64,000 bases of DNA from the human T2T-CHM13v2.0 reference genome, Homo sapiens (GCF_009914755.1 NC_060948.1); one strand, 5' to 3'; positions 19,243 to 32,879 are shown, counted from the first letter of the stretch. Notes: a model not told the origin generated them from the letters alone. Numbers and translations: made by a program.

Positions 19243-20202
19243 GAAACAATGTTTCCTGTATTTTTCAACTGGGTAGACAGGAAAGACAACTAAGAGAATG
19301 GATATTGATGTTTAACCATATGCTGTGACATGAAGGGCATTAAGGTGGCATGAAATCCATCTTGCCTTCCAGAATTAATTTTTTTGTAAATGTAGAGCAC
19401 GTCCAGTATTACATAATTAGCCAAAAGAGGAACCAATGCTAAGTACCACATTTTCGGTATGCTATTAAGAAGAAAGTCAAATATATGTAACATGAATTAT
19501 CCAATTTATACTGATCTGGGTTAGAATTGATGAACTACAGACCACTTATATTATACTAGCTATATAAGGAAAAAAATAGATTTTTATTGAAGACTACTAA
19601 ATATGCATAGTTCCTCTGATGAAGTTTAATTTCTATACCTGAAATTACTTTAATCAAAGAAAAATCATCTTGATATAGCAAATACAAGTGACTTATCTCC
19701 TAATTTCACACATCATCATCTCCCTGCTTGCTACTGATGCAGTTAATCAAACTGAGAAATCTGAAGAATTGATGTCCCTATAAATATTAACCATTAATTT
19801 TTCTTCAGAAATACATTTCATAAATATATCTTCATGTAGAAATATGTAAAGATATTTTCTTTTTGTTATGAATATCATCCATTTTTTATCTAGTGTACTT
19901 TATATATCTTGTATACCCAACAAATAGATAATTATTCGTGAAAAAATATGGAGAACAATGTTTGGAGGATTAAAAAAGAACATAAACTTAACATGTAACC
20001 ACATTTTGGATCCAAATTTCTAAATGTGCTTCAGTCTTAAATCTGCAAGCTTTACTGTACACCGTAAAAAGACATCTATATTTTTGTCTTATGAGTCAAA
20101 TGTAGAATCAAAATAGCTGAACTGGGGAAATTTATCATTTTCACATTTAAAAAGTGTAATAACATCTTCTAATGAATTTTATGATGTATATCAGATGGAT
20201 CA

Positions 20203-20500
<298 letters not shown>

Positions 20501-21227
20501 TTGCTCTCCCCCACTGCCAAGCCCCTGCTGAAATAACTTATCACCTTGAATCAATTTTGTTTTCACCAATTTTCCCAATAATAATGAGGCATACTGAATT
20601 TTCTACTTCTTGGTCACTGAGAAACAATCTTAGAATGTTACTGAATATTTAATTTTGGTTTGTTGAAATAACTGGTTCCCAAGAACTTCTTAAGCCACAG
20701 AAAAAAAATATAAGTGCTCACAGATATTAGCCACATGTTCTTTTCAAGAAAGTACCTCCCAAGATTATTAAATGATATGCCATTAAAATACTTCCTAAAA
20801 TTATTCAAATCATATCTAATGTGTGCATATCAATATCCAAGCAGAAAATTGCCACTTAGCAAATGGTAGAGTTCATTATCCAAGGGCAGTTAAGAGTTCT
20901 TCAAGGAAAATAGGAAGCCTGGCTTATGATGGTGTATTTTAAAAATATTTTAGTATTTTCTTGATCTATTTATGTTGAGATTTTTGGAAAATATTACTTT
21001 ATAATCTTATATGTTTCTCGGCTTATCCATCAATTCAGGATCTACTTAAAACCTAAATTTGTTAATATGTCATTTATCCTCTCAGTCATTAATAGTCTTG
21101 ACAAACTCTCAAATTTCAGTGTTTCTGCTTTCTAATCTGTTAGAACTCTCAACATGATGACAATGGCCATTCAGATGTTCTTAAATAGAAACTTTAAAAC
21201 ATTGCTCTCTTATTTAAAATCACCAAT

Positions 21228-21406
21228 ATGAAATCCCGTCTCTACTAAAAATACAAAAATTAGCTGGACACGGTGGCACGTGCCTTTTACTCATAGCTAC
21301 TTGGGAGGCTGAGGCAGGAAAATTGCTTGAACTCGGGAGGCAGAGGTTGCAGTGAGCCAAGATCATGACACTGCACTCCAGCCTGGCAAAAGAGAGTGAG
21401 ACCTCA
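21228..21406 (+). mobile_element. 5'-truncated AluS (linker plus right arm)
   Basis: TCTACTAAAAATACAAAAATTAGC...GGCAGAGGTTGCAGTGAGCC. Confidence 0.85.
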
Positions 21407-22124
21407 TCAATTATCTTTGAGTGTGTCTCAGTTGTGTGTATGTGTTCATGAGTAAAAATGCCACTGTTAAATCTATATCTATAAATATCTGTGGAAGTCT
21501 TAATTTAGATGTCTTTTACTAACTCTGTAAATATTAATATCTGTGTCTATGAAATCCATAATGATCCAATCTATATATGCAGTGACAAGAAAAACAAACT
21601 TATTATATGAAATGAGAGCTTTAGAATAGAGAAATATTTTATTTTTTACTTTATGCTTGCCTGAGTTTCATCTTTTGTCAAAAACTACACGTTACTTTAT
21701 AATCATAAGAAAAGAAAGGAAAAATCAACTTAAAATGTCACATTATTGCTATAAGAGAAATGATGCATAAATTGTGTAAAAATAATTTCTGCTACAATAG
21801 TCTGTAAATAAGACAGGGTCTATAGCTGTTTTGTAAATAGGATCCCTTAATTTTAAGTCAAGCATTGCAGTGAGAAATGACAACTAATAAATGGTGCTAT
21901 TAGTGGGCATTTATAACACAATGTTATGGTTTCATTTCCAGGAAATAAGCTAAATATATTTGCATTCAAAGACATGTCTTTTTCTTCTTGAACTAGTAAA
22001 TACATGGAACAGTGTTTGTTTATATAATTACTTGATGGATAAATCAAGATTTTTAAACCCTACCATATGCAACTTCATTCTATTAGTGGATATGTATATG
22101 TTCCTTAATCACTATAATTTCTTT

Positions 22125-22254
22125 TTTATTTTTAAAATGATAGTGATAGGGTCTTACTATGTGCCCCAGCTTTTCTGAAACTCCTGGGCTTGATCTACCT
22201 GTCTCAGCCTCCCAAAGTGCTGAAATTGTGGGCCTAAGCCACTGCACCAGGCCA
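22125..22254 (-). mobile_element. FLAM_C-like Alu monomer
   Basis: GGGTCTTACTATGTG...CCTCCCAAAGTGCTG...AGCCACTGCACCAGGCC. Confidence 0.75.
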
Positions 22255-23284
22255 GATATTTTAAGGTACTTAAAATGATAAGAATGCATGTAAGAACAAC
22301 CATATATTTAGAGATAAAGCGTATGATTATGCAACATTTTTAAAAAATATCATTTGATCAGTATATGTTTTTTGAATGATTGTACATAACAGTAGTAAAT
22401 TTTTAAAGATCATAATGAATATTTAGGTGACAGTAAAAAGAAAAAATACCTTAAATGATAATTTTTGTTTTCATAGTTTTAATATATAAAACTATGAAAA
22501 CTGATATATACAGTATAATTCTTCATTGTTTAGCAATAGAAAATCTTCATCCTTTGGAAAGAAATATATCTTATAAAATATTTCATACATAATATAATTA
22601 ATTGCATATATAATATATTTATATATACACACAGACATACAAATCCACAGCCATATATACTTCATTCTTTTAATTTTTTCAGTGTACTCATGACATACAG
22701 AAATGTTGGAGGAAGTTATTCTAACATTTTCTCAGTATTTTACTCAAATAAAGTAAGAAAAAAATAGAGACTATTTAAATAGAAGAGTAAGTATTCACTT
22801 AAGGTACTTATATATATTTTAAGGTACTTAAAATGATAAGAATGCATGTAAGAACAACTATATATTTAGAGATAAAGCATATGATTATGCAACATTTTTT
22901 TAAAAATATCATTTAATAAGGAAATATTCCAACATCATCTAAAAGCTACTTTCCCAGCACACTTCCTTTTTTACTCCAGGATGGTAGGTTTATTCACATC
23001 CTGATGTTTTAATGGAAATTATAACCTTTGAAAATGTGTAGCTCTCAGCTCAAAAACTGGCATGAATACTTATTAGATACCTGAAGTTGGCAATTGACTA
23101 GCAATCTATGAATTTTATTTTTCTCACCTGTAAACTGAAGATCTCTATTGCCCAGATTTATTACAGAATAAAAGGAAATTTAATACTTAATTGGGAATAT
23201 AGTTTTTATTTTTAAGAAAGTCAAAATTGATATGAGACACCATTCTTTGGAGAGAGAGAGAGAGAGAGATCTATAAAAGTAGTG

Positions 23285-23342
23285 TATTAGTTTGGTTCAA
23301 AATAAGTTGAGGGTTTGCCATTGAAAGTAATAGGAGAAACTG
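23285..23342. mobile_element. MADE1 (Hsmar1-derived MITE), partial
   Basis: TATTAGTTTGGTTCAAAA...GGTTTGCCATTGAAAGTAAT resembles MADE1 TTAGGTTGGTGCAAAAG...TTTGCCATTGAAAGTAATGGC. Confidence 0.65.
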
Positions 23343-24369
23343 AAAGTAATAGACATTTTCAACATATAAAGAAATTCTTAATGACTCCAAAACCAAGGAG
23401 TCATTGAAAATTAGACTCTAGAATAAAAAGAAAAAAGCAAAATACTAACATTTTAAATATCAGGTATCTAGTTTTCTCTTTTTATTTGTGTTGAGTTTTT
23501 CTTTAATTGGACCTTAAAAGAGATAGTTCACTCTTGAGTTAATAAATTACATAAAAAAAGAAAAGAAAAAAGAAGCCTTTTAGATTCTTTGATTCTAGAC
23601 ATCAAAGATCTCTGTCTTCTGTGTTGTTGCTAAAATGATTATAGAGTTGTGAGGTTTTTATTAATTTATCAGTTGCATTGGAGGTTGAATTGCATTCTCT
23701 AGAGGCCAAATACATAAATAACATGTAGCAGAAAGAGTTATTTATGTGGGACATGAACTTTGACAGAGTCCCGCTTGCTCTTTAATTGTAACAGCAGTTA
23801 ATGGATGGGAAAAACAAAAAGTATAGCTGAAAGGAAACGTGCTAATAGACAGTAGAACACTTTTAAATGCAGTGTTTTGTAATTAAATGTCTGGTTTGTT
23901 GGAGTAGAGAGCTCATGTTTCTGGGAACTTGATCACATCATAGATCAGTTAGTCTTACACCAGAAAATATTATTTGAAAGGTTAGGAAGACAAAAAATAA
24001 GAAATTCGTGAGATATGCAGAGATTACAGTTTAGAAAATTAGTGTCCAATACACAAACTGTTCACAGTTCATAAACTTGTGAACATAGTGTTGGGGATGC
24101 ATTTACAGATAATTAATTACAGTGTTTTCTATTTCTACTGGTTTTTCGAAGGAGTGTCTGAACCACAAAGACATTGCTTTTGCTTAGTGTTTGACCCACA
24201 TCCAAGGTCATTTCCTTTACAAAATTTTTTCCCAAGACCTTGAGAAGCACAAATCATCTATAAACGTCTACAAAAGTACCTGTAAATTGTGTATTCTGTA
24301 GAATATCTTACCAGTAACCTGGAAAAATAAAATCTGTAAGTGCTGTAGTAGCCTGTCTAGAAAAACAAG

Positions 24370-24725
24370 GGGAAATGGAGAGATATTCATGAAAATAGGC
24401 AAAGTTTCAGTAATGCAGAATAATGAAGTGCTGAAGATCCAATCTATAGCATAGTGACTGTAGATAATAACATATACTTGAAATTTCCTAACTGAGAATA
24501 TATTAAGTGTTCTCACAACCATTTTCTCACATACACAGACACACACACACGCACACAGGTAATTATGTGAGGTGGTAGCTACATTTTCCTTGATCGTGGT
24601 AAGCATTTCACATTTCACAATGTATGGGTATATCAAAACATCACCTTGTCCACATTATATACCTACAATTTTTATGTGTGCATTACACTTCAATAGAAAT
24701 GAAGGGGAAAAAGAAAAAAAATAAA
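24370..24725 (+). mobile_element. L1MA-type 3' end fragment
   Basis: CAAAGTTTCAG...CATAGTGACTGTAG...ATACTTGAAATTTCCTAA...TATATCAAAACATCAC, then an A-rich tail. Confidence 0.75.
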
Positions 24726-25061
24726 GAAACACTATAATTTCTTTCAAAGACAATTTGGCGAGTTCTAATAAATAACTTAAATAAATGCCTGGGGTTTGCT
24801 GACTGCACAAAATAAATATTTAGTTGGAAAAATAAAGTTTTCATGACTTAAATGATAACTAGTCTGAGGTTTTTACCCAAATTAATATAACTATCTGAAG
24901 ATGCAATTGTGATTTAAAAAACATAGATCTTTTCATTTCTAATATAAAATTATTGCCAAAATCATTTTTACATATTTTAGAATATTTTGGAAAAATGTTT
25001 ATTTGAAAACAAGTTCTTTAAAATGTCTTAAAAAACGAAGTACTTAAAATAAATATTTTTT

Positions 25062-27637
25062 CAAAGATGGCTGAAAGAAAAGTTCCAATGGGCAACTCCC
25101 AGCACGATTAATGCAGAAGGCAGGTGATTTCTGCATTTCCAACTGAGGTATACAGCTCATTTCATTGGGACTGGTTAGATAGTGGATACAGCCCACAAAG
25201 GGTGAGGCAAAGCAGGGTCAGGCAATGCCTCACCCAGGAAGCACAATGTGTCGGGGAACTCCCTTTCTAGCCAAGGGAAGGCGTGAGGGACTGTGCCATG
25301 AGGAACAGTGCATTCTGGCCCAGATACTATGGTATTTCCACAGTCTTCACACCCCATGTACCAAGAGGTTCCTTCAGGTGCCTACACCAACAGGGACCTG
25401 GGTTTCAAGCACAAAACTGGGTGGCCGTTTGGGCAGACACTGAGTTAGCTGCAGAAGCTTTTTTTTCCGTGCCTCAGTGGTACCTGGAACACTAATGAGA
25501 TAGAACTGTTCACCCCCTGAAAAGTGGGCTGAAGCCAGGAAGCCAAGTGGTCTAGCTCAGTGTATCCCACTCCCATGAAGCCCAACAAGCTAAAATCCAC
25601 TGGCTTTAAATTCTCGCTGCCAGCACAGCAGACTGAAGTCAACCTGGGACACTCAAGCATGGTGGGGGGAGGGGCGTCCACCATTACTGAGGCGTAGGTA
25701 GGTGGTTTTCTGCTCACAGTGTAAACAAAGCTGCCTGGAATTTAGAACTAGGTGGAGTCCACTGCAGCTCAGAGAAGTTGCTTTAACAAGACTGCCTCTC
25801 TAGATTTCTTCTCTCTGGGCAGGGCATCTCTGAAAGCAATGCAGCAGCCTCAGTCAGGGGCTTATAGATAAAACTTCCATTTCCCTGAAACAGTGCAGCT
25901 GAGGGAAAGGGCAGCTATTGGCACAGCTTCAGCAGTCTTAAATATTAATGTCTACTGGCTCTGAAGAGAGCAGCAGATCCCCCAGCACAGTGCTCGAGCT
26001 TCGCTAAGGGACAGACTGCCTCCTCAAGTGGGTCCCTGAACCCTGTACCTCTTAAAGGGAGATACTTCCCAGCAAGGGTAAACAGACATCTCATACAGGA
26101 AAGCTTTGGCTGGCATCGGACGGGTGTGCCTCTGGGACAAAGCTCCAAGATGAAGGAACAAGCAGCAATCTTTGTTGTTCTGCAGCCTCCACTGGTGATA
26201 CCTGGGCAAGGAAGGTCTGGAGTGGACCTACAGCAAACTCCAGCAGACCTGCAGCACAGGAGCCTGAGAGTTAGCAGGAAAACTAACAAATAGAAAGGAA
26301 TAGCATCGACATCAATAAAAAGGACCTCCACACAAAAACCCCATCTGAAGGTCACTAACATCAAAGGCCAAATGTAGATAAATTCAGGCAGATGAGGAAA
26401 AAACAGTGCAAAAAGGATGAAAATTACAAAAACCAGAATGCCTCTTCTCCTCCAAAGGATCACAGCTCCTCGCTTAGCAAGGGAACAAAACTGGATGGAG
26501 AATGAGTTTGACAAATTGACAGAAGTGGTCTTCAGAAGGTGGGTAATAACAAAGTCCAAGCTAAAGGAGCATGCTCTAACCCAATGCAAGGAAGATAAGA
26601 ACCTTGAAAAAAAGGTTAGAGGAATTCCTAACTAGAATAATAAATTTAGAGAAAAATGTAAATGACCTGATGGAGCTGAAAAACACAAAAATGAGAACTT
26701 TGTGAAGCATTTGCAAGTATCAATAGCAAAGAAATCAAGTAGAAGAAAGGATATTAGGGATTGAAGATCAACTTAATGAAATAAAGCATGAAGACAAGAT
26801 TAGAGAAAAAAAATGGATGAAAAGGAACGAATAAAGCCTCTGAGAAATATGGGGCTATGTGAAAAGACCAAACATACATTTGCTTGGTGTGCTGAAAGTG
26901 ACAGGGAGAATGGAACCAAGTTGGAAAACACTCTTCATGATATTATCCTGGGGAACATCCCCAGCCTAGCAAGACAGGCCAACATTCAAATTCAGAAAAT
27001 ACAGAGAATACCGCAAAGATACTTCTTAAGAGGTGAAACCCCAAGACACATAATCATCAGATTCACCAAGGTTGAAATGAAGGAAATAATGTTAAGGGCT
27101 GCCAGAGAGAAAGGTCATGTTACCCACAAAGGGAAGTCCGTCAGACTAAGAGCAGATCTCTCTGCAGAAATCCTACAAGCCAGAAGAGAGTGGGGGCCAA
27201 TATTCAACATTCTTAAAGAAGAATTTTCAACCCAGAATCTCATATCCAGCCAAACTAAGCTGCATAAGTGAAGCAAAAATAAAGTCTTTTATAGACAAGC
27301 AAATGCTGAGGGATTTTGTCACCACCACACCTGCCTTATAAGAGCTCCTGAAGGAAGTACTAAATATGGAAATGAAAAACTGTACCAGCCCCTGCAAAAA
27401 TATACCAAATTGTAAAGACCATTGACACTTTGAAGAAACTGCATCAACTAATGGGCAAAATACCCAGCTCGCATCATAATGACAGGATCAAATTCACACA
27501 TAACAATATTAACCTTAAATGTAAATGAGCTTAATACCCAAATGAAAGACACAGACTGTCAAATTAAATAGTCAAGACCTATCAGTGTGCTGTATTCAGG
27601 AGACCCATCTCATGTGCAAAGACACACATAGGCTCAA
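25062..27637 (+). mobile_element. L1PA7/L1PA8-like element: 5' UTR, ORF1 and first ~160 bp of ORF2; 3' part missing
   Basis: AAGATGGC start, GTGATTTCTGCATTTCCAACTGAGGTA, ORF1 ATG at 26392, ORF2 ATG at 27479; homology stops after CATAGGCTCAA. Confidence 0.9.
26392..27415 (+). pseudogene. L1 ORF1p remnant, disrupted
   Basis: EQNWMENEFDKLTE and HIIIRFTKVEMKEIMLRAAREKG occur in different frames. Confidence 0.88.
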
Positions 27638-27849
27638 CTCATTACTTTAGGAATGTATTTACTGTAAAAATGTAATGGTTGCATTACTTTTGAATGAAAC
27701 TATTATGTATGTGTGTGTCCACACCTACATATATAGAAGTGATAAACAGTGAACTTTTAATAATTATGATAATCCAGGAAAAAAATTAACACTTGCTGAT
27801 GTTAGAAGCTATGATTCTTACAATGAAAAAATATATCCAAATAAAAGAA

Positions 27850-28560
27850 CCTATACATTAAGTCCTTATAGGAATAGCTTGGAAAGGTAAGTATGAGTGT
27901 GAGTTGATCATTTCTAAAATATACATCTGTAAGTATATTTTCCAGTACATGTGCATATGTATATCTGTAGGTGTATGTATGTAAGCCCACACATTTGCGT
28001 ATCAGTGCATAAATACATATAATTCCTAGATCACTTCACTGAAATATCCAAGAAGAAAAGACACCCATTAGCAGTGAGCACACACTAGCATCCAGATCAT
28101 TTGTCTCTTACTTGACTTCATTATAGATACAACCAACTCCAGTTTTGTAGCTGTGTAGTTATGAAAAAAGCCTGAAATATCTTCAAATATGTCAAAATGT
28201 GAGAAAGTGCTCAACAATATTATAAGGGCATGTCAGAGGGACATAGGAGCTAGGGTGAAGAACATCCCCTTTCTGTGATAATTTAAGTACTAAATAAAAT
28301 AAGTACAATAATAAATTATAAACCTTTCAAAAAACAGAAATGCATCTTTCCAAATTGAATACAAATAGATATGTATTTGTATGTATCTATATATACATTC
28401 AAATATATATGCATATGTATATAAACTCATATACAATGTGTATATGCATACATTAATATACACAAAATGTATATATGTATGTATGTCTGTGTGTGTATGA
28501 AAAAATAACTGTTTATAATAAAATGCCCAGTCCTAACAGCTAAATATGGCACAAATGCTG
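27850..28560 (+). mobile_element. Old L1MC/L1MD-like 3' UTR fragment; probably continues at about 29072-29120 and 30330-30560
   Basis: GACACCCATTAGCAGTGAGCACACACTAGCATCCAGATC and GTAAAGTACCTCCC resemble the L1MD 3' UTR. Confidence 0.5.
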
Positions 28561-28565
28561 TTGTT

Positions 28566-29071
28566 CAGGGATTCCTCTGGCACCGGAATTCACACTGGCA
28601 CGTCAGGAGGTGAGCAGTGGGTGAGCAAGCCAGCAAAGCTTCATCTGTATTTACAGCCAGTTCCCATCACTTGCATTACTGCCTGAGCTCAGCCTCCTGT
28701 CAAATAAGCAGCCGTATTTGATTCCCATAGGACCTTGAGCCTTATTGTGAACTGCGCACGGGAGGCATCTATGTTGCACACTTCTTATGAGAATCTAATG
28801 TTTGATGATCTGCCACTGTCTTCCATCACCCCCAGATGGGATTGTCTAGTTGCAGGAAAACAAGCTGAGGGCTCCCACTGATTCTGCATGATGGTGAGTT
28901 GTATAATCATTTCATTATATATTGAAATGTATCAATAATATAAATAAAGTGCAAAATAAATGTAATGTGCTTGAGTCATCCTGACATCCGCCAGCCAAAC
29001 CCCAGCTCATTTGTGGAAAAATTGTCTTCCATGAAACTGGTGCCTCCTGTAAAAATGTTGGTGGACTGCTG
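28566..29071 (+). mobile_element. MER1A (hAT-Charlie MITE)
   Basis: AAGCTTCATCTGTATTTACAGCC...CTAGTTGCAGGAAAACAAGCT...GGAAAAATTGTCTTCCATGAAAC...GGACTGCTG. Confidence 0.88.
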
Positions 29072-29135
29072 ATATAACTGGAAAAAATATGTACATAATT
29101 ATATAACCACCATGGTATAGTTCGGCTATCAAATC

Positions 29136-29536
29136 TTTTTTTTTTCAACTTTTATTTTAGATTCAGTGGTATATGTGCAGGTTTGCTACATGGGTAAATT
29201 ATGTCACAGAAGTTTGGTATACAGGTTATTTCCTCATCCATGTAATTAGCATAGTACCTGATAGGTAGTTTTTCAATCCTCTCACTCCACCTAGTCTCCA
29301 CGCTTGAGTAGGTGCTAGTGTTTATTATTCTCTTCTTTGTGTCCATGTGTAACCAATATTTGGCTCCCACTTGTAAGTAAGAACATGCAAGGTTTGGTTT
29401 TCTGTTGTTGTGTTAGTTCACTTAGGATAACAGCTTTCAGTTCCATCCTTGTTGCTGCAAAGGACATGATCTCTTTCTTTTTTAGGACTGTGTAGTATTC
29501 CATGGTATATATGTACTATATTATTTTTTATCTGGA
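29136..29536 (-). mobile_element. Old L1PA/L1PB-type 3' end, 5'-truncated
   Basis: PolyT then CAACTTTTATTTTAGATTCAG...TGTGCAGGTTTGCTACATGGGT; TSD-like CTATCAAATCTT/CTATCAAGTCTT. Confidence 0.82.
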
Positions 29537-29566
29537 CTATCAAGTCTTACTAAATATAGAGGGAAA

Positions 29567-30324
29567 TTTTTTTCTTCAACTTTAAATTTCAGGGGTACAT
29601 GTACAGGATGTTCAGTCTTGTTACATAGTAAATGTGTTCCATGGTGGTTTGCTACACAGATCATCCCATCACCTAGGTATTAAGCCCAACATCCATTAGC
29701 TATTCTTCCTTATGCTCTCCCTGTCCCCATCCTAACTCCAGTCTGCCCCAGTGTGTGTTCCCCTGCATATGTCCATGTGTTCTTATCATTCAGCTCCCAT
29801 TTACAAGTGAGAACATGCGGTACTTAGTTTTCTGTTTCTGCATTACTTTGATGAGGATAATGGCTTCCAAATCCATTCATGTCCCTGCAAAGACATGACC
29901 TTTTCCCTTTTTATGGCTATATAGTATTCCATGGTGTATATGTACCACATTTTCTTTATCCAGTCTAGCACTAGTAGGCATTTAGGTTGATTTGATGTCT
30001 TTGCTATTGCGAATAGTGCTGCAGTGAACATACACATATATGTATCTTTAAAATAGAATGATTTATATTCCTTTGGGTATATATCCAATAATGGAATTGC
30101 TGGGTCAAATGGTATTTCTGTCTTTAGGTCTTTGAGAAATGACTACACTGTCTTCCACCACAGTTGCACTGATTTACATTCTCATCAATCGTGTAAAAGT
30201 TTTCCTTTTTCTCCACAACCTCAGCAGTATCTGTTGTCATTTGACTCTTTGATAATAGTCATTCTGACTGGCATGAGATGGTATCTCATTGTGGTTTTGA
30301 TTTGCATTCTCTAATGATCAGTGA
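29567..30324 (-). mobile_element. L1PA10-13-like 3' end, 5'-truncated
   Basis: TTCAGGGGTACATGTACAGGATG...CATCACCTAGGTATTAAGCCC...GAGATGGTATCTCATTGTGG. Confidence 0.85.
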
Positions 30325-30666
30325 AAGGAGGTATTGGCATGGCGGTAAAGTACCTCCCTACTGAGATACTTTTGTTTCTGAGGAGGAAAATAATATTTAT
30401 TCAAAGGAGACCTCCAGCAATGATCCAATGGAGTGATCCAAATTACCAGCAGCAAGAAGTGGCCAATGGCTACTTTGAGTAGAAGTCCACAGCACCGGTT
30501 GCATAAGCCACCTGAGAATGCATAGCCAGGATCTCATTACAGGGAAGCAAAAGAAACAAGCCAACAATAAACAAACAAGGAAGGAAAAAAGCACTATATT
30601 ACTTACATTTGTACCAAAATAAATGATCTATTTGGAGATGTGTTTACACATGTAAGATCTACATCG

Positions 30667-31173
30667 GGGTACTTGTCCATGTCCTGTTAGAAACTGGGCA
30701 GCACAACAAGAAGTGAATGGTTGGTGAGTGGGCAAAGCTTCATCTGTATTTACAGCAGCTCTCCAATGCTCACGTTACCACCTGAGCTCCACCTCCTGTC
30801 AGATCAGCAGAGGCATTACATTCTCATAGGAGCATAAACCTTCTTGTGAACTGCACATGCAGTGGATCTCAATTGTGCACTCCTTATGAGAATGTAATGA
30901 CTAATAATCAGTCCTGTCTCCTATCACCCCCAGATGGGGCCATCTAGTTGCAAGAAAACAAACTCCATGTTCCCACTGATTCTACATTATGATGAGTTGT
31001 ATAACAGTTTCATTGTATATTCCAATGTAATAATAATAATAATAATAGAAATCAAGTACACACTATATGTAATGCTCTTGAATCATCTCAAAACCATCCC
31101 TCTAACTCTAATCCATGGAAAAATTGTCTTCCACGAAACCAGTCACTGGGATCAAAAAGGTTGGGGACCACTG
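30667..31173 (+). mobile_element. MER1A, missing the first ~30 bp
   Basis: CCTGTTAGAAACTGGG...AAGCTTCATCTGTATTTACAGC...AAAAAGGTTGGGGACCACTG. Confidence 0.88.
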
Positions 31174-32165
31174 AGCTATGTTAAAAACTAGCAAACAAAT
31201 AAACAACAAAACATTGATGAGAGTAGTTAATAAATATATAAACATTGCATTGTGCTGTATCACCAGCAAAGGAAAATAATCAGAAATAACTTACTTTCTG
31301 CCAAAAAATAACAACGTCAATAACAACAAAGTCAGGCAGTGATGTTCTTATCTTTCTTTACCCTTTCTCTATTTTTATTTTAATCACCTGTAATTTCTTG
31401 TAATGCCTAAAGTTTTAGAATCAATGGGGCAGTTTTCTGTTCATTTTCATGCCTGGATGTTTTCCTAGTTGCTAAGCCTTGTGGTAGGCTCAACTTTCCC
31501 AAGTGCAGCTTCCATTGAAGTGCTAGGCAGATATCCAGCATCCAGTACTCATTATCTGTTCTCAAGGCTTTGATTTGTAGCAAGAGTCCTGGTAGGCAAT
31601 ACTTTTGCTCTCATGAGTTGCATTCTTTTGGGCATTGGGTGTAAAATATGCAAGAAAATAAGCAAATACATAAACAGGTGACTTCAGGAAGTGAAAAATT
31701 TGCAAAGCAAATAGAGGAGTAGATGTCAGAGGGATGAAATGATGTCTAATTATGATAGGGTAGCCTGGTGGGGAGTGATTTATGTTGAGTCTTGAATGAT
31801 GAAAATAACATAACCCTTTGAAGATAGAAGAAGGAACGTTTGAAAAGTGTGCAACCAGCACATGTGCTCTGATGAATGGTGGAGCTAAGCAGGTTCTAGC
31901 ACAAGAAGGACAATGAGTGTGGCTATAGCTGTGAGCTGCAGAGACAATGGAAATTGATGAATTAGGAGGTAAACAAGGAAGTAGATTGTGTAGGAAATTA
32001 AGGGCCATGGCTCAGCTTTCCACTTATCATAAAATAAATGAGAAGCAATTGCTTTATTTTCAGGGGAGACAGCAAGAATCTAATTTGCGTTTTTACCAAC
32101 ACATCAGAATTTTAGAAGCCATGTTTATTTTTCACTTGAGGTTAGTAGTGTTTGTTATACTAATA

Positions 32166-32472
32166 CAGCAGTTCTCCCTTATCCACAGGGGATATGTAAA
32201 AAGAACAAATGCTCACCTCTCGCCACCAGTGGATGTCTGAAATCTCAGATAGTAATAAAATATTTTTATATATACAGTTTTTTCCTATACATATGTACTT
32301 ATGGTAAAGTCTAATTTATAAATTAACAACAAATAATATTAAAATAGAACAATTATAAATATGCTCTAATAAAAGTTATGTGAATATGCACTCACTGCTG
32401 CATATCTTATGCACTTTACCATGAGTAACTGAAACTGCAGAAAGTGAAATCATAAATAAGGGGGAACTACTG
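32166..32472 (-). mobile_element. MER44A-like (TcMar-Tigger) MITE
   Basis: Terminal inverted repeats CAGCAGTTCTCCCTTAT...ATAAGGGGGAACTACTG flanked by TA dinucleotides. Confidence 0.8.
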
Positions 32473-32494
32473 TATAGTATAACACAACAATTTC

Positions 32495-32716
32495 ATTTTT
32501 TTGTTGTTGTTTGGAGACAGGGTCCTGTGCTGTTCCCCAGGCTGAAGTGCAGTGATGTTATCATGGCTACCTGAAGCCTCAGTCTCCCAGGCTCAAGATA
32601 TCCTCCCACTTCAGCTTCTCAAAAATACTATACACACACACACACACGCACGCACACACACACATATATGTACACACACATCCATATATATGTGTGTGTA
32701 TATGTGTGTGTGCATG

Positions 32717-32761
<45 letters not shown>

Positions 32762-32879
32762 TAGAGAAAGGGTCTCCCAGTATTGTCCAGTCTGGTCTTA
32801 AACTCCTGGAATGAAGTGATCCTCCTACCTCAGTAACCCAAAGTACCGGGATTGCAGGTGTGAACCACCACACCTGGCT
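32495..32879 (-). mobile_element. AluJ-like SINE whose middle is replaced by a (CA)n/(TG)n tract
   Basis: Alu sequence at 32510-32620 and 32763-32879. Confidence 0.82.

Noticed and set aside
25945-26589. 214-aa antisense ORF in the L1 5' UTR/ORF1
   Set aside because: Antisense reading of a decayed L1 with no recognisable domain, and not at the ORF0 position.
31562-32240. 148-aa and 97-aa ORFs
   Set aside because: They overlap purine-rich sequence resembling decayed L2 and show no protein-family features. The L2/MIR remnants here and near 5560, 6400, 23050, 34700 and 63000 were too degenerate to bound reliably.
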